A DNA stretch of 64,000 nucleotides from Octopus sinensis (GCF_006345805.1 NC_042998.1:109306001-109370000); one strand, 5' to 3'; positions 28,097 through 41,959 are shown, numbered from the stretch's first letter. The notes: generated by a model not told the origin, from the sequence alone. Numbers and translations are program-made.

Positions 28097-28512
28097 AAAC
28101 AAAAGAGTTGAATACATAAACAATGAGAGAAACAAATGGAAAACAGGACAAGTAACGTAAGGAACGACCCTTCATCAGTTGTCAGTTGCCCATCTATTCC
28201 TCATTTCGAGCATGGAACAACAATATGAGTCTTCGAAGGGCAGTTGCTCCCGTAAACCAAAATAAAATTTAGGATTTGCGGAGGGTCAAAGTTGGTAACA
28301 AAAACAGGACAAAGGAGATATACATCCTCCACTGTATTTTATTTTATTTTGGTTTATGGGAGCCACTGCCCTTCAAAGACTCATATTGTCATTCAATACT
28401 GGAAATGAAGAGTAGATGGACAGCTGACAACTGATGAAGGATCGTTCATTATGTTGCTTGTCCTGTTTTCCATTTGTTTCTCTCGTTGTTTATGCATTCA
28501 ACTCTTTTGTTT
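28097..28512. repeat. Fold-back element: 172-bp inverted arms (28097-28268 / 28341-28512), about 90% identical, possibly Penelope-derived
   Basis: Manual alignment: 18 mismatches, no gaps, 72-bp spacer. Each arm carries a ctgatgaagg motif. Confidence 0.85.
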
Positions 28513-28798
28513 TCGTAACAGAGAGAAAGGTGCATGTGTAGAAAGTTGGATAGAAATCAGGCATTTAAGATATAACCATTAAGAGAGTTGCTCAGAAAAT
28601 TATAGATATGAGGTTAGAAATCTGTTGGAAGATCACTCCTTTATTTTACCTAATCTACTGTATTAATGATGTCCTTCCAATCACTAACCACTTCACAAAA
28701 TGGATCGGGGAGGAGAGGGTAGATGCCACGAATAAAATGATCTCTCTACACTATCAATTTTTATTCATACCTATTGCTTTTTCAGATGAGCTACCTTC

Positions 28799-28891
<93 letters not shown>

Positions 28892-28928
28892 CTCTTTCTC
28901 TCTCTTTCTCCCTCTCTCTAACACACAC

Positions 28929-28969
<41 letters not shown>

Positions 28970-29121
28970 CATGTGTGTGTTTGATAAACATAAGTCGACT
29001 TGAACCCAAAATATCACTGAAAACTATGGAAAAAGATTAACTGACAAAATTTATAATATAAATGGTTAAGCAAAATCTACAATTTACAAATTTGAATTAG
29101 ATAACAAGTAACAGATTAGAG

Positions 29122-29629
29122 CAATGCTTCACAAACTTTTTCCAATTACCACCCACTTCTATTTACAAACACTGTTTTGATGCACCCTTGTTTATGATTC
29201 AGCAAAATTTATTATGCTATTTGTACATATATTTGTACACACAAAGTCAGCAATTCACCTAATGTTACTTATGCAGTGGCTGTTTATTACATGTATAAAA
29301 ATACACAGAAATTATGAGTCTTTTAAATAATGCTTTTGCATATTGTTAAAAATTTACATGCACAGGTGGCATATGTTTGGTTTTGTTTATTTACTTATTC
29401 ACATTTTTATGTCTAATGTTATTGTTGCTATTGTTATTGTCATGGGTGTAACTATTAAGTAACATATTATTATATTTATGCTTTTTAAAGTTAATATTTA
29501 AACTGAAGACAAAAACAGAAAAGAATGTGCAGATGCATCTATTGCCCCTAACACTACTTTTATTCCTGGTACCTATATAAGATTTTTACAAATCCCCAGA
29601 GGCAATACCACCAAATTTGGAAAACACTA
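29122..29629. mobile_element. Decayed hAT (Charlie-like) MITE
   Basis: Termini caatgcttcacaaacttt / aaatttggaaaacacta; imperfect 8-bp flanks gattagag / cattagaa. Confidence 0.45.
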
Positions 29630-30526
29630 CATTAGAATATTTAGCTAAATGCAAACTATATATCATACTTAAAGGTTATGGGGACAATTTTGCTGTGGCT
29701 CAAAATACTGATTAATCAACCCTAAAAAATATGAGATTGAATTTATCAGTGAAAAGATGTCAAATAATTTTGATATTAATTGGGAGCTAATGTCCAGCAA
29801 TGGAACAATGACAATACTGTCATTTTATAATTAAAAAGTACAAGCAATAAAAGTAAGTTTAAATTTATTCAATTCGGTATTGCTGGATTTTGCCCCTGTA
29901 TTTTGGAATCATTAGGTACAAGTGCTTTGGAATTTGTTGAGACATATAGTATTAAATACAATTATGATATAAATGTCATTGTATATACCAAGAATGGTAT
30001 ATACAAAGTTAGGTGGATCATAACTATATCTATCATGATTTTTTTTACATAAAGTGAAATGATAGTGAGAACTAAATAAATTGCATTCAGTGGTATTAAG
30101 AAACTCAGAGTTCTAAATATAAGTGTGTTATGCTTGTGTTATTTATTAAATATAGTCTTTGTTATATGTTCATATATATGTGTATATGTATGCATACATA
30201 TACATGAATATATCTCTATGATTAGTACTGTTTTGTTATGCGCATTCATAAAGCTGGAAGAAAATGGTGTAAAGCAATTTATCCAGTGTGCTAATGCTTC
30301 TACCAGTTCACTACTTTTGAATGTAAAAAAATAATAATAGTAACAATCAATGATAATCTGAGCAACAATATACTTTATAATAAAGTGAGTATGAGTTTTA
30401 AAAGTATTAAAACCAGGATACCTTATATAGTTCTCTTTGTTTAGAGTTTAAATCCTGAATAATTTGTACGTCATCCCTCTCATGAGAATTTGCAGATACA
30501 CCACAATGATACATACATACATACAT

Positions 30527-30557
<31 letters not shown>

Positions 30558-30613
30558 TATACACATACATATATACATACATATATACATACATATATGT
30601 ATACATATATATA

Positions 30614-30659
<46 letters not shown>

Positions 30660-32152
30660 ATATATATGTATGTATATATATATATGTATATATATATGTA
30701 TATACATATATATGTATGTATATATATATATACATATATATATATTATATATATATATATATACATATATATTTATATATTTACATATATATATATATAT
30801 ATACATATATATGTATATACATATATATATTTATATATATATATACATATATATGAATTGTAAGTGCTTGTAGGTGTGCATGTATGAGTGTGTGTAAGCG
30901 CATTTGTATATATGGGGAACAGCAGCTTTTCTTTCAGGCATGGTGTACTGAAAGCTCAGCTGGGCTTTATTTTTTATCCTTGCAGTTTATTTGGACTGGT
31001 AAGGATCCCAAATGAGCTATCATTTCTAAACTTTCATGGTTTCAGCTTCATGGTGAAGTGATAGTAGCATATGTCTTATTTTCCTTAATAGCAGGCTAGA
31101 ACTGTGTGATTGATATGGATACCATCACTAGAGTTTAGATTTCAGCTGTTAGATTTTTACATATCATCAATTAGGTGTTTATTTTAGTTTGTGACTGGTG
31201 TATATGATCTATGTGTTTATTTTAGCTTTGTACTGCATTATAGGTATTGCCTTTATCATTTATTGTCTATTTTTTTAGTGGAATTTGTATAGATATGGAG
31301 ACCCCAAGTGGACAGTTAGTAATGGAAATAATCATTTCTTCATAATAATCGACAGGATTAGAAGTTTGAATTTTAAATTAATGAATAAGGAAGAAAATGC
31401 ATAGAATATACATATTTAATTTTGCTTTTGCTTACTTATTATGAATTTGTTAAAATTTCTAGTCTTTGGTAATTATGTATAGCATTATTTAATCCTTTTA
31501 AGAAGTCATCAGCATGATATAAACCAAGGTATATAAATGAAGCATCTTATGAAGTGTGACATTTCTTTTTCTCCACTAATGATATTCTAACTAGATGTGT
31601 GATGTAGTGCATGGCAATTTCTCCTTGAAAATGCATAGTGAGTCAGCAGGGGAATTTCATACTTGCACAACCAATAAAACAATCAGGGTCATGAAATTTA
31701 CAACTTTCATGTTTGCAATCAAAATTATTAATCCCATTGGTCATATATAACACATACTTGTAACAAAGGTAAAATCTGGACTGATGATATATAAATTTAA
31801 CAATGAAAAAAACCTATATTCTGGTAGTCTTTTCTTCTTGTTGTCTCTGGGGAAAAGAGCATTAACCATGACCTTCACAGGTCCTTCAAAGGGGTAAGCT
31901 TGATGCCATTAATGTTGTTTAAACTACTGCAGCAAATCAACACTTGTAAAAGCATGAGCAGGGAGAAAATTCTAGAGAGCCAATATTCTAAGGTAAAAGA
32001 ACTGGTCATAAATGGTTAATGAAGAACCAAGTGGATTATGCATCAGGAGTGCCAGAATGCTGGAAATACGGCACCAGTTAGCTCAGTGGAAATGTGTGTG
32101 TGTGTGTATACATGTACTTGCATGTGTGTGTGTGTACGTATCTGTGTGTGTG

Positions 32153-32211
<59 letters not shown>

Positions 32212-32287
32212 TCACACATACACAAACAGTGTAAAATTAACAGCAGAACTTGAAGTAATCCAGCAAAGCTATACAAAGAAGATCATC

Positions 32288-32786
32288 TCAGCGTGACATG
32301 TGAGCTTCTGGGAGAGAGTGAAAAAGTTAAGACTCTACTCCCTAGAATGAAGGCAGGAAAGATATGCAATATATGCAAGATATGCAATATATCTGGAAAA
32401 TCCTGGAAGGACTTGTACCAAACTTTGACATTGAAAGCTACACAAACAGAAGAATAAGATGTCACTGCATAGTACCAAAAATCGTAAAAATGTCCTCAGG
32501 ATATAGGACCAGACATTGTAATAGCTTGGGTTTCAAGAACCCACAGCTCTTCAATATCCTTCCAAAAATCCTGAGATACCTACATGATGTGGATGCAGGA
32601 GCCTTCAAGACAAAATTGGATGTCCTCCTGTCAAGAGTTCTGGATGAACTTACCTCACAGAAAAATATGCAGCTGAGAGTAACAACATCAAACTCCCTCA
32701 TTCACCAAATGACGCATATCATAGGAGGTTTGAAGTAGCAAAACTAATGGTGATGCCCCAGCATGGCTGCAGCTCTTGAGCTGAAA
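32288..32786 (+). mobile_element. 5'-truncated CR1-clade LINE (RT C-terminus plus 3' tail)
   Basis: KKLRLYSLE*RQERYA...YIWKILEGLVPNF...CNSLGFKNPQLFNILPK...FKTKLDVLLSRV; tail gccccagcatggctgcagctcttgagctgaaactagtaaaa. Confidence 0.9.
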
Positions 32787-32805
32787 CTAGTAAAAATATA
32801 CATTT

Positions 32806-32846
<41 letters not shown>

Positions 32847-32966
32847 TAAATTAATAGTATTAATACTTTGATACAATTGAGCACTCAATATAAATTCAGT
32901 ATACAATATTCTCATTGAATATATTTAACTAAAGATTTATATATATAAACTACTTAACATTATATT

Positions 32967-33218
32967 TATTCCTTTATTGCCCACAGGGGTCTAAACATAG
33001 AGGGGACAAACAAGGACAGACAAAGGGATTAAGTCAATTACATCGACTCCAGTGTTTCACTGGTACTTAATTTATCAACCCCGAAAGGATGAAAGGCAAA
33101 GTCAACCTCAGTGGAATTTGAACTCAAAACGTAGCGACAGGCGAAATACTGCTAAGCATTTCGTCCAGTTTGCTAATGATTCTGCCAGCTCACCCCACTT
33201 TTATTATATATTATATTA
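32967..33218 (-). mobile_element. Young full-length SINE family B with 15-bp target-site duplication
   Basis: Head gagctggcagaatcattagc...gagttcaaattccactgagg. Identical ACTTAACATTATATT at 32952-32966 and 33219-33233. Confidence 0.9.
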
Positions 33219-33289
33219 ACTTAACATTATATTAGTGATAGAAAAGAGAGAGAGAGGAGACAGCATCCTTGCATGGCGGAGGTTAGTGC

Positions 33290-34410
33290 ATATCCATGAG
33301 TGACTGAATTCCAATTAGTCAAGTAACCCTTTTCTGGATGTGATCCAGGATATCTCTGTGCATAGCAGGAGTACTGTCCCAGATGTGGGAGCTGTACTGC
33401 ATTGTGGTTTTCACTTGAGTCTTGGAGAGTTTTAGGAGCTTTTGAGTGATGAAATACTTTCTCACCCTGAAGAGAAAGACCAATCTTTGCAAAAGAGATC
33501 CTTGGTAAGAAGGAGGCCCAGCATTTGGAGTCACTGTGAGGGCTCTAACTGAACATCACTCATGCTTATTGGAGATGCTGTGCAGTAGTGTCTTTCTTGA
33601 TGTGAGTAGTGCTTCAGTTTTTTTTTTTTTTACTTCTGCTGTTGAAAGAAAATGCTCCCAAGTTCTCTGTTTCTGGAAGCAATGTATGTTCAGTGTGTGA
33701 TGTCTAGGCTGAGTGTAAGTAACACATTAGTGTGGTGGCAAGTAAATCATTGATGTATCGAAGGAAAAGCATGAGGCAGAAAGAACTCTGTCAACACTTG
33801 CTGCAATGGCACAATCACATAAGAAGCTATTGAAATGAAAAATGAGAGTTGCATGGAGACTGTAGGCAAAAAGTTTGGTAGAAGATTTGCATACCGGACT
33901 TGGTTGAAAGCCTTACCTCGAGCAACAGCAGCATAGCTTTCACTAAACTTCTCTAAAGCGAGGGCTCACTACTGAGTAATATAAGAGAGTAAGTCTCTAG
34001 GGAATCTTGTGGTCACTGATGAGAGGGAGCCTCATTATTAAGATTATTATTATTAACTCATCTGAGGCAAGGCTGTCAATCTTGAGTTGGAGGTAAGGAA
34101 AATAGGATGATTGCTGGCTGGATCAGAGGAGTTGCCTTTGTTGCAGTGAAATATACCAAGGTGCACTTCCAGATGTAGAGAGCAAGAGATTAAAGCATTT
34201 AGCAGATATAGAAACAAGTTCTAGACACAGCCTTTGAATGTAATAGGAGGAACATTGTCAGAGCCAGTGGCCTTGTTTGTTCAAAGCAACTGGAGATATG
34301 CCCTCATTTGTCTTGTGTATAAGCCAGGTAGAGAGTCTGGTGGAGTGGAATGGAATAAATTTGAAGGGATTGACCAAAGGTGTGTAGTGTGGAGGTGGAT
34401 GCAAAGTAGG
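33290..34410 (-). mobile_element. Decayed, internally deleted CR1/L2-group LINE
   Basis: QRLVFLFRVRKYF...MQYSSHIWDSTP...LDHIQKR (33319-33534) and YAAVA..KAFNQV (degenerate D.SKAFD.V motif, ~33900-33940). Confidence 0.75.
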
Positions 34411-34418
34411 CAGCAAAG

Positions 34419-34452
<34 letters not shown>

Positions 34453-35177
34453 CAGCAGCAGCGGTGGCGGTGGCGGTGACGGTGGCGGTGGCGGCGGTGG
34501 TGGTGGTAGTTGAAGTAACAGTCGTAGACAAAGAGATAAATAGGTCATTTAGGGATGAGAGATTTTATTACTGATACTATTATTGTTGATTTTGTAGGTA
34601 TTGCCAAAGTTGCTTCTTTTACTGATGCAGCAGATGTTGTTCAAGTGTCTGCATTGCTAGTATAGTTGTTTGAGTAGAAGCTGACAATATAGTTGCTTAC
34701 GCCATCAAAGTTAATGTTGATGTTCATCAAGAATCAGTGTTGCTGTAGTTATTGTTGTTCTTGTTGTTGTGGCTGTCATTGAATATAAAGAATGTGGCAC
34801 AGAGGTATATTAAACAAATTGCTTGTCTTTATTTTTGTTTATTTTTCTGCTGGATCAATCAGAAGATTGTTTCTTTTCATCCCTTCAAGTAAAATTTGTA
34901 TAAAGTATTATAAAGAGGCAAGAACACTCACCAATATCCCTTCCTTCTGAAGACAAAGCAAGGTCTAGAAATCTTGATTATTATTTGGGGGATACGTTAT
35001 TATTTTGGAGTTAAACTGAAGAACCCATATAAAAATATTGAAAAACTTTGATAAAAAAAAGATAAAACTAGAACACTATAATGTATTAAAGATATATATA
35101 TATCATATATATATACATACATATATATATATGTAGAGTGGAGGTAAGGAAAATAGGATGATTGCTGGCTGGATCAG

Positions 35178-35470
35178 TGGAGGCACAATGGCCCAGTGGT
35201 TAGGGCAGCGGACTCGCGATCATAGGATCGCAGTTTCGATTCCCAGACCGGGCATTGTGAGTGTTTATTGAGCGAAAAACACCTAAAAGCACCACGAGCT
35301 CCGGCAGGGGGTGGTGATCCCTGCTGTACTCTCTCACCACTCTTTTTCTCTTTCTTCTGTTGGCCTGCTCGCTTAGCCAGCAGGGTGGCATCATTTGAAG
35401 GCTAAAACAGTGCGAACGCATTGTGACCAGCGATGTGTAAAACATCTGATGGTCTGGTCGGTCACGTGGT

Positions 35471-35478
<8 letters not shown>
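35178..35478 (+). mobile_element. Young CpG-rich tRNA-derived SINE (family C)
   Basis: A box TGGCCCAGTGG (35189-35199), B box GTTTCGATTCC (35233-35243), ends ggtcacgtggtcacgtga before (TA)n. Confidence 0.85.
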
Positions 35479-35516
<38 letters not shown>

Positions 35517-36426
35517 GTGCCCCAGTTTGGCCCCAGCATAGCCTCAACTTAGCTACAGTCATATGACTGAAAATGGTCTATATATATACAAAGGATGCTG
35601 AAAAGTTCTAGGCTTTGGGTAAAAGAAAATACAGGAGGATCAGTTAATTACAATTTTATTCATTCCCCTCTCAGACACACAGACTTAGTGCAGTGGTCCT
35701 TCAGCTTTTCTAAGCCCTGTAAAAGAACTCAGAAAGTTGGCCCTCTGACCAGGAACTTTTCAGCACCCACTTGTATATACACACACATGTACACATGCAC
35801 ACACATACACACACACACGCACACACACACACACAGTGTTTTGAGGTCGATTTATGAGAGCAAGGCATTTTGTTTTTAAAGGAAGATGCTTGTTGCCAAA
35901 GCTATTTTGCAGTAAAGGTACTTAAGTTGAGGTGAGCTTCATCCCAGTTTTTTGTTTTAACCACTTCATATACCTGACTGAAGGCTTTTTATGAGCTTTT
36001 TTGTAGCATTGAAGCAGATCTCGGTTTAGATGTAGAGTTCAAATAAAATGAGAGGAGTGCTCACGTCTTCTCAGATACCTTACTGGTGGTGTAATGCTGT
36101 TTATGTCAGTGGTGTTGTTAATTTTAGCCATGATCATGTTAGCAAAATTCCACATAGACATAGAATAAGTTATATTTTTTTTAAAATCCAGTCTGAATTA
36201 TGCTATGTTGCTAAGTAAAAGGTGCTTATTTACATTGGAGAAATAAACCAATTACTGATTTAGGCTGGAGGAATTGGCATAAATTTAGAAGAAAATGTCC
36301 AAAAAGAAATTTTAAATGGTCCTCTATGCTTGCACATCTGATGTTAATGTTACTATCTTTATATATTTATTTATGGGTGTATGTATTTGTGTGTATGTAT
36401 ATTTGCATGCATGTATGAGACAGGCC

Positions 36427-36580
36427 AGTTTCAGTTTTTGTCTACCAAATCCTGTCACAAGAGGTTTGATCAATCTGGGGCTATAGTAGAAGATATTTGT
36501 CTAGTTTGCTATACAGTGGGACTGAATCAGAAATGTATGAATGGGAAACAAACTTCTTAACCACAGAGCCATACCTGCAC
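36427..36580 (-). mobile_element. SINE family A, 5' half
   Basis: Reverse complement begins gtgcaggtatggctctgtggttaagaagtttg...ttcagtcccactg. Confidence 0.7.
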
Positions 36581-36598
36581 TGTATGTATGTAATTATT

Positions 36599-36630
<32 letters not shown>

Positions 36631-36641
<11 letters not shown>

Positions 36642-38209
36642 CATCATCATCATTATCATCATTTAACGCGTTTTCCATGTTGGCATGGGTTGGATGATTC
36701 GACTGGGGTCTGGGCAGCCAGGAGGCTGCACCAGGCCACAATCTGATCTAACAGTATTTCTGCAGCTGGATGCCCTTCCTTACACCAACCACTCCAAGAG
36801 TGTACTGGGTGCTTTTTACATGCCACCAGCACAGGGACCTGAGGAGCTAACATCGACCACAATAGGATGGTGCTTTTTACATGTCACTGACATGGAAGCC
36901 AGTCAAGGCAGCACTGGCATCGGTCACATTCAGATGGTGCTTTTTACGTGCCACTGGCACGAGGGTCACAACTACAATTTCCATTTTATTGTAATTTGAT
37001 TTGATTTGATTTTGATGTTGATGCTGATGTACTTGATTCAATAGGTCTCTTCAAGCACAGCATATCACCCTACAATTCAAGGTATTTTTGAGTGGGCTGG
37101 TTATGCGATGCTGTTGTAGGTTATAGCTGTGAACACACTTTATTTTCTGGGTCTTCTCAGTCACAGCATAGGCTTATGGAATCATGAGCATGCAAAGCAA
37201 AATACTGAACAGTATTTCATCCATCTTTATACTGAGTTCAAATTCCACTGAGGTCATCCTTTTGGAGTTGATAAAACAAGTACCAGTCGAGTACTGTAGT
37301 CATTGTAACTGACTTAACTCCACCCACCAAATTTGAAAATTTGAAACTTATATATTTATAGGTATATGCATATATATTTGTGTTGTGTATGTGTTTATTT
37401 GTGTGTGTATATATATATATATTATATATATATATATATATATACACACATCATCATCATCATTATCATCATTTAACGCGTTTTCCATGTTGGCATGGGT
37501 TGGATGATTCGACTGGGGTCTGGGCAGCCAGGAGGCTGCACCAGGCCACAATCTGATCTAACAGTATTTCTGCAGCTGGATGCCCTTCTTACACCAACCA
37601 CTCCAAGAGTGTACTGGGTGCTTTTTACATGCCACCAGCACAGGGACCTGAGGAGCTAACATCGACCACAATAGGATGGTGCTTTTTACATGTCACTGAC
37701 ATGGAAGCCAGTCAAGGCAGCACTGGCATCGGTCACATTCAGATGGTGCTTTTTACGTGCCACCGGCACGAGGGTCACAACTACAATTTCCATTTTATTG
37801 TAATTTGATTTGATTTGATTTTGATGTTGATGCTGATGTACTTGATTCAATAGGTCTCTTCAAGCACAGCATATCACCCTACAATTCAAGGTATTTTTGA
37901 GTGGGCTGGTTATGCGATGCTGTTGTAGGTTATAGCTGTGAACACACTTTATTTCCTGGGTCTTCTCAGTCACAGCATAGGCTTATGGAATCATGAGCAT
38001 GCGAAGCAAAATACTGAACAGTATTTCATCCATCTTTATACTGAGTTCAAATTCCACTGAGGTCATCCTTTTGGAGTTGATAAAACAAGTACCAGTCGAG
38101 TACTGTAGTCATTGTAACTGACTTAACTCCACCCACCAAATTTGAAAATTTGAAACTTATATATTTATAGGTATATGCATATATATTTGTGTTTGTGTAT
38201 GTGTTTATT

Positions 38210-38252
<43 letters not shown>
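36631..38252. repeat. Near-identical ~810-bp tandem duplication (36631-37440 / 37441-~38250), each unit holding an RTE tail (-) and a SINE B piece (+)
   Basis: The units differ by 3 substitutions and 2 single-base indels outside the (TA)n/(TG)n junction tracts. Confidence 0.95.
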
Positions 38253-38255
<3 letters not shown>

Positions 38256-38267
38256 AATAGAAAAACC

Positions 38268-38439
38268 CTTAGAGCCACAAGGAAGCACATTTTCACATTA
38301 TACCGAGAGGGAAGATAACTACCCCACAGCAAGCGAGATCACTTTACTAGTCTAGTTTCACATGAAAATTACAAGCTCATCAGTAGTAACTTACCTCCCT
38401 CGTTAGTATATGAAAATGTGTTTTCTTGTGGTTCTAAGA
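38268..38439. mobile_element. Fold-back element with hammerhead-like core on - strand (38346-38388)
   Basis: Arms 38268-38322 / 38384-38439 are imperfect inverted repeats. Minus strand reads acta-CTGATGA-gcttgtaattttcatgt-GAAA-ctag-aac-tagt. Confidence 0.65.
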
Positions 38440-40467
38440 GTTTTCCAACTTTTATTTCTAGCAATATAGGTGCCATCTAGCACTCTCAGTTACAATTAGT
38501 GACAAATGAATGTTTTTCCTTTTTGGTTTTATATTGCATATAACTGCCTTTGTTATTTTATAGTTGAAAAACTTTGCAGATTACTGGGTTTCATGTAACT
38601 GACAATCTTAGAGAAGAGAACTGTTGGAATAATATGATGGTTTATAAATACTTATAAACATAACTGATAATTATTTAGTAACTCACTAAATAAACACTGA
38701 AAGCTGATTGGACAGAAACATATCACTTTCAAAATTACTGGAATCTGAAAACAACTAACCATTAAAAATACATAATATATGCATTAAAAATGAATCAAAG
38801 TTATATTAAAACCTGAATAAATAATTTGCTTATACATATTGCAGTGAAGAAGGAAGTCATCTTAGAAATCAAGAGTTTAAGAAAAATATTTTGCAAATTA
38901 TTTTGTTAAAATAAAACTAAGACAATGGTGAATGAGTATCAGTGGAGTTTGTGGAATGCTCATGGCAGGCAGAGAAGAAAGGGAAAAAGGAAAATGAGAA
39001 AGAAAATGTGACAGAAAAGAGAAAAGCAAAAGAGGGAAAGAGAAAGAAAAATCAATATTTTGTATCTAGAATTATGGATAAGAAACAAATATATATATAT
39101 ATACATATAGATGTACACAGGAGAGATAGGTAGGAGTAGAAAAGATATTTAGTACGGAAATTAGATTGATATAAGCCTAAAGGCAGATTTCCATTGCATC
39201 CTACTTGTAGGGTGTGAAGGAAATACAAATCAAACACAGATACACAGAGACAGAATAAAATTCAATCAAAATAAGACATAAAATTCAGTTTTGAAATATG
39301 TAAGGAGATGGAGAAAATATATTTGAGGATATGTAAAAAGAAATCAATCAAATCAATTCAAAGTTGGAGTGCTAAAAGAAACACTACAATAGAATAATAA
39401 TATAATAAGAGTAACGTGCTAAACATCAGCATTACATATAAAGGGTCATTGAAAGACCTAATGAAAACTAAAAGGTAAAAGGAAAAATTAAAAGGAGAAA
39501 AAAATGAATAAAGATCGAATGCAATGGTTGGAAGGAAACAATACAAGTGCAAAAGTGGGAAAATATGTCCAACACATTCAAAGTAATAACAAAAGAACTT
39601 AAAAAAACATATGTAATAATGGGGGATGGTTTTATACATTAATCATTTGACAGTAAAGGTCTTGAAATCAAAAATGTCAAAGAATGTCTACAATAGTTCA
39701 ATAGTCCATACTTTCAATTCAAGACTGAATTATCCTGAAACAATATAAAATATTTCTTGCTTAAGCATAGCAGATATTTCATAAAGTGAGGGTAGGATTT
39801 ATGCCTGTATGGGCTTGCTCTTTCCAAGATGGATTGCAATTATTATGCTTGTTACCATATATAAATGTGAACTATTTAATCTGGTTTTAATTTTGACTTT
39901 GACTAATTTCTAATGATTAAATTATTTTTCATCAGCAGTCAGTCGTTTTCATCCTACCATTTCTAGCAATTTTGAAGAATGATAACCACCCCATATCCAA
40001 TCAACTTTAAATGTTTATCTCATAAATTGCTAAATAATTATTACTGTTTCATTTATTAATATTTATAAACCACTACATTATTATAACAATTCACTTTAAT
40101 TTGATCATCAATTACATGAAATTCTGGGCAACAGTTTGTGAAATGTTTCACCTTCAATAAAACACTTTATTTTACTCTAACTTTGACATCTGAGTGCTAT
40201 TTTCTCCACCATTTTTCACACCTGTATTCCTACATGTCTGTAGGCATATATAAACACACATACATATTTATATACATATAATATACACACCACACACCAC
40301 ATATACAGACACACACACATATGTAAGGAGTGTATAAAGTCATAAATGATTACTTTAATCCATATACACTGACATGTAGTTCTGCACATGAATGCATACA
40401 TGTAAGAGATTAATATTTATAAGTATTATCTTCATCGTTATCATCATCCTCATTATTATTACTAAGA

Positions 40468-40670
40468 TGATGAGTTGGCAGAATTGTTACCATACCAGAC
40501 AAAATCCTTAATGACATTTCTTCCAGCTTTACATTCTAAATTCAAATTCCACCAAAGTCAGCTTTGCCTTTCATCTTTTCAAGGTTGATAAAATACCAGT
40601 TGAGCACTGGGTTCTAAGTAACTGACTATCCTCTTTCCCCAAAATTTCAAGCTTTGTGCCTATAGTAGAA
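40468..40670 (+). mobile_element. SINE family B
   Basis: gagttggcagaattgttacc...ttcaaattccacc...ctttgcctttcatcttttcaaggttgataaaataccagttgagcactggg. Confidence 0.75.
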
Positions 40671-41959
40671 ATGATTACATAAAATTACCATGAAAAACTA
40701 CTCTTAGTTTAGAATCATTTAGTTGTATAATAAATTTTGGAATGATTTTCAGCTATTCACTCCATGTCATATCAAGTGGTACTTATTTATTAATAGCAGT
40801 TACTTACTCCATGTCATATCAAGTAGAATGTAATAAACAACCCTCCTTCTTGTTATGTAAGGACATATGCAAACATTTACCTCTTAGATCATTATTTGTT
40901 CTTCATTTGATCTATATTATACATAGTTCCATAATTGTCATCCAACATTTTTTATTCCATAATTGTCATCCAACATTTTTTATTATTGTAATTCTCATCA
41001 GATGAGAGCTAGCCATTTATTTCATAAACATTGCTACAGTCTAATCAATTTAACTCAACATGCTAACCATGCAAATGGCCTTGTGGTTATGGTGTGGGCT
41101 CATACTTTGATCACAAGACTGTGATCATTGTGTCTTTGACTAAGTTACTTCATTTCACATTGCTTTGGTCCAGTCACAGGAAAATCAGTGGCAGCAGCTA
41201 CTGGGAATTTACTCTATGACAGAATGAGATTCTATTCAGGGAGCAGTTTGTACTATCAGTTGCTTAAATGCCTTAAAAACTGGGGTAAACTCCAGCCTAA
41301 TGAACTGGTGGGCTTGAAACAATCACTTTTTATTTTCTTAATATATCTTATATAATCTCTTGTCTTAATATTTTCATGGATAGGTTACATAAGTTATTCA
41401 CTATTGTTTAACTATAACACACTGTTAGTTTTTGTTTGTATTTCTTTTGCTAAATATTTACTTTCATCATCTGTTGCTTGATATTTCTCTTTGCATGATC
41501 ATGTCAATATCAATGCATTCACTGTTATAATCCCTTGCAGCAGCTTACTTCATCTGTAGCTCACTTTATCTGTAGCTTAATTCATCTGTGCTCTTATTAT
41601 CCTTATGTTTCCTCAAGCTTATATCATCTGTTCACATATTGCTAGACAATTTATATTACACCACTCACCACTTGATATTATATTCCCTTTTCAGTTTGCA
41701 TCTTGCACTTTGATTTATTTTTTCCTTATTTGAGAATATTTTATTAATCATATAATGTTAAATAAAATTTATTTAATAATACATACATCACCACCACCAC
41801 CACCACCGCCACCACCACCATCACCGCCATCATCATCATCACCATCATCACCATCACCATCATCATCATCATCATCATCATCATCATTATCCTTGTAATA
41901 AACAGTTCCATCATCTTTTGTTTTGCATCTGAGTTTTCAGTATCTGCATAGGTTGGTTG

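Noticed and set aside
34010-34040. CTGATGA-GAGG-gag-CCTC as a hammerhead
   Set aside because: Followed by ATTA rather than GAAA; lies inside a decayed LINE.
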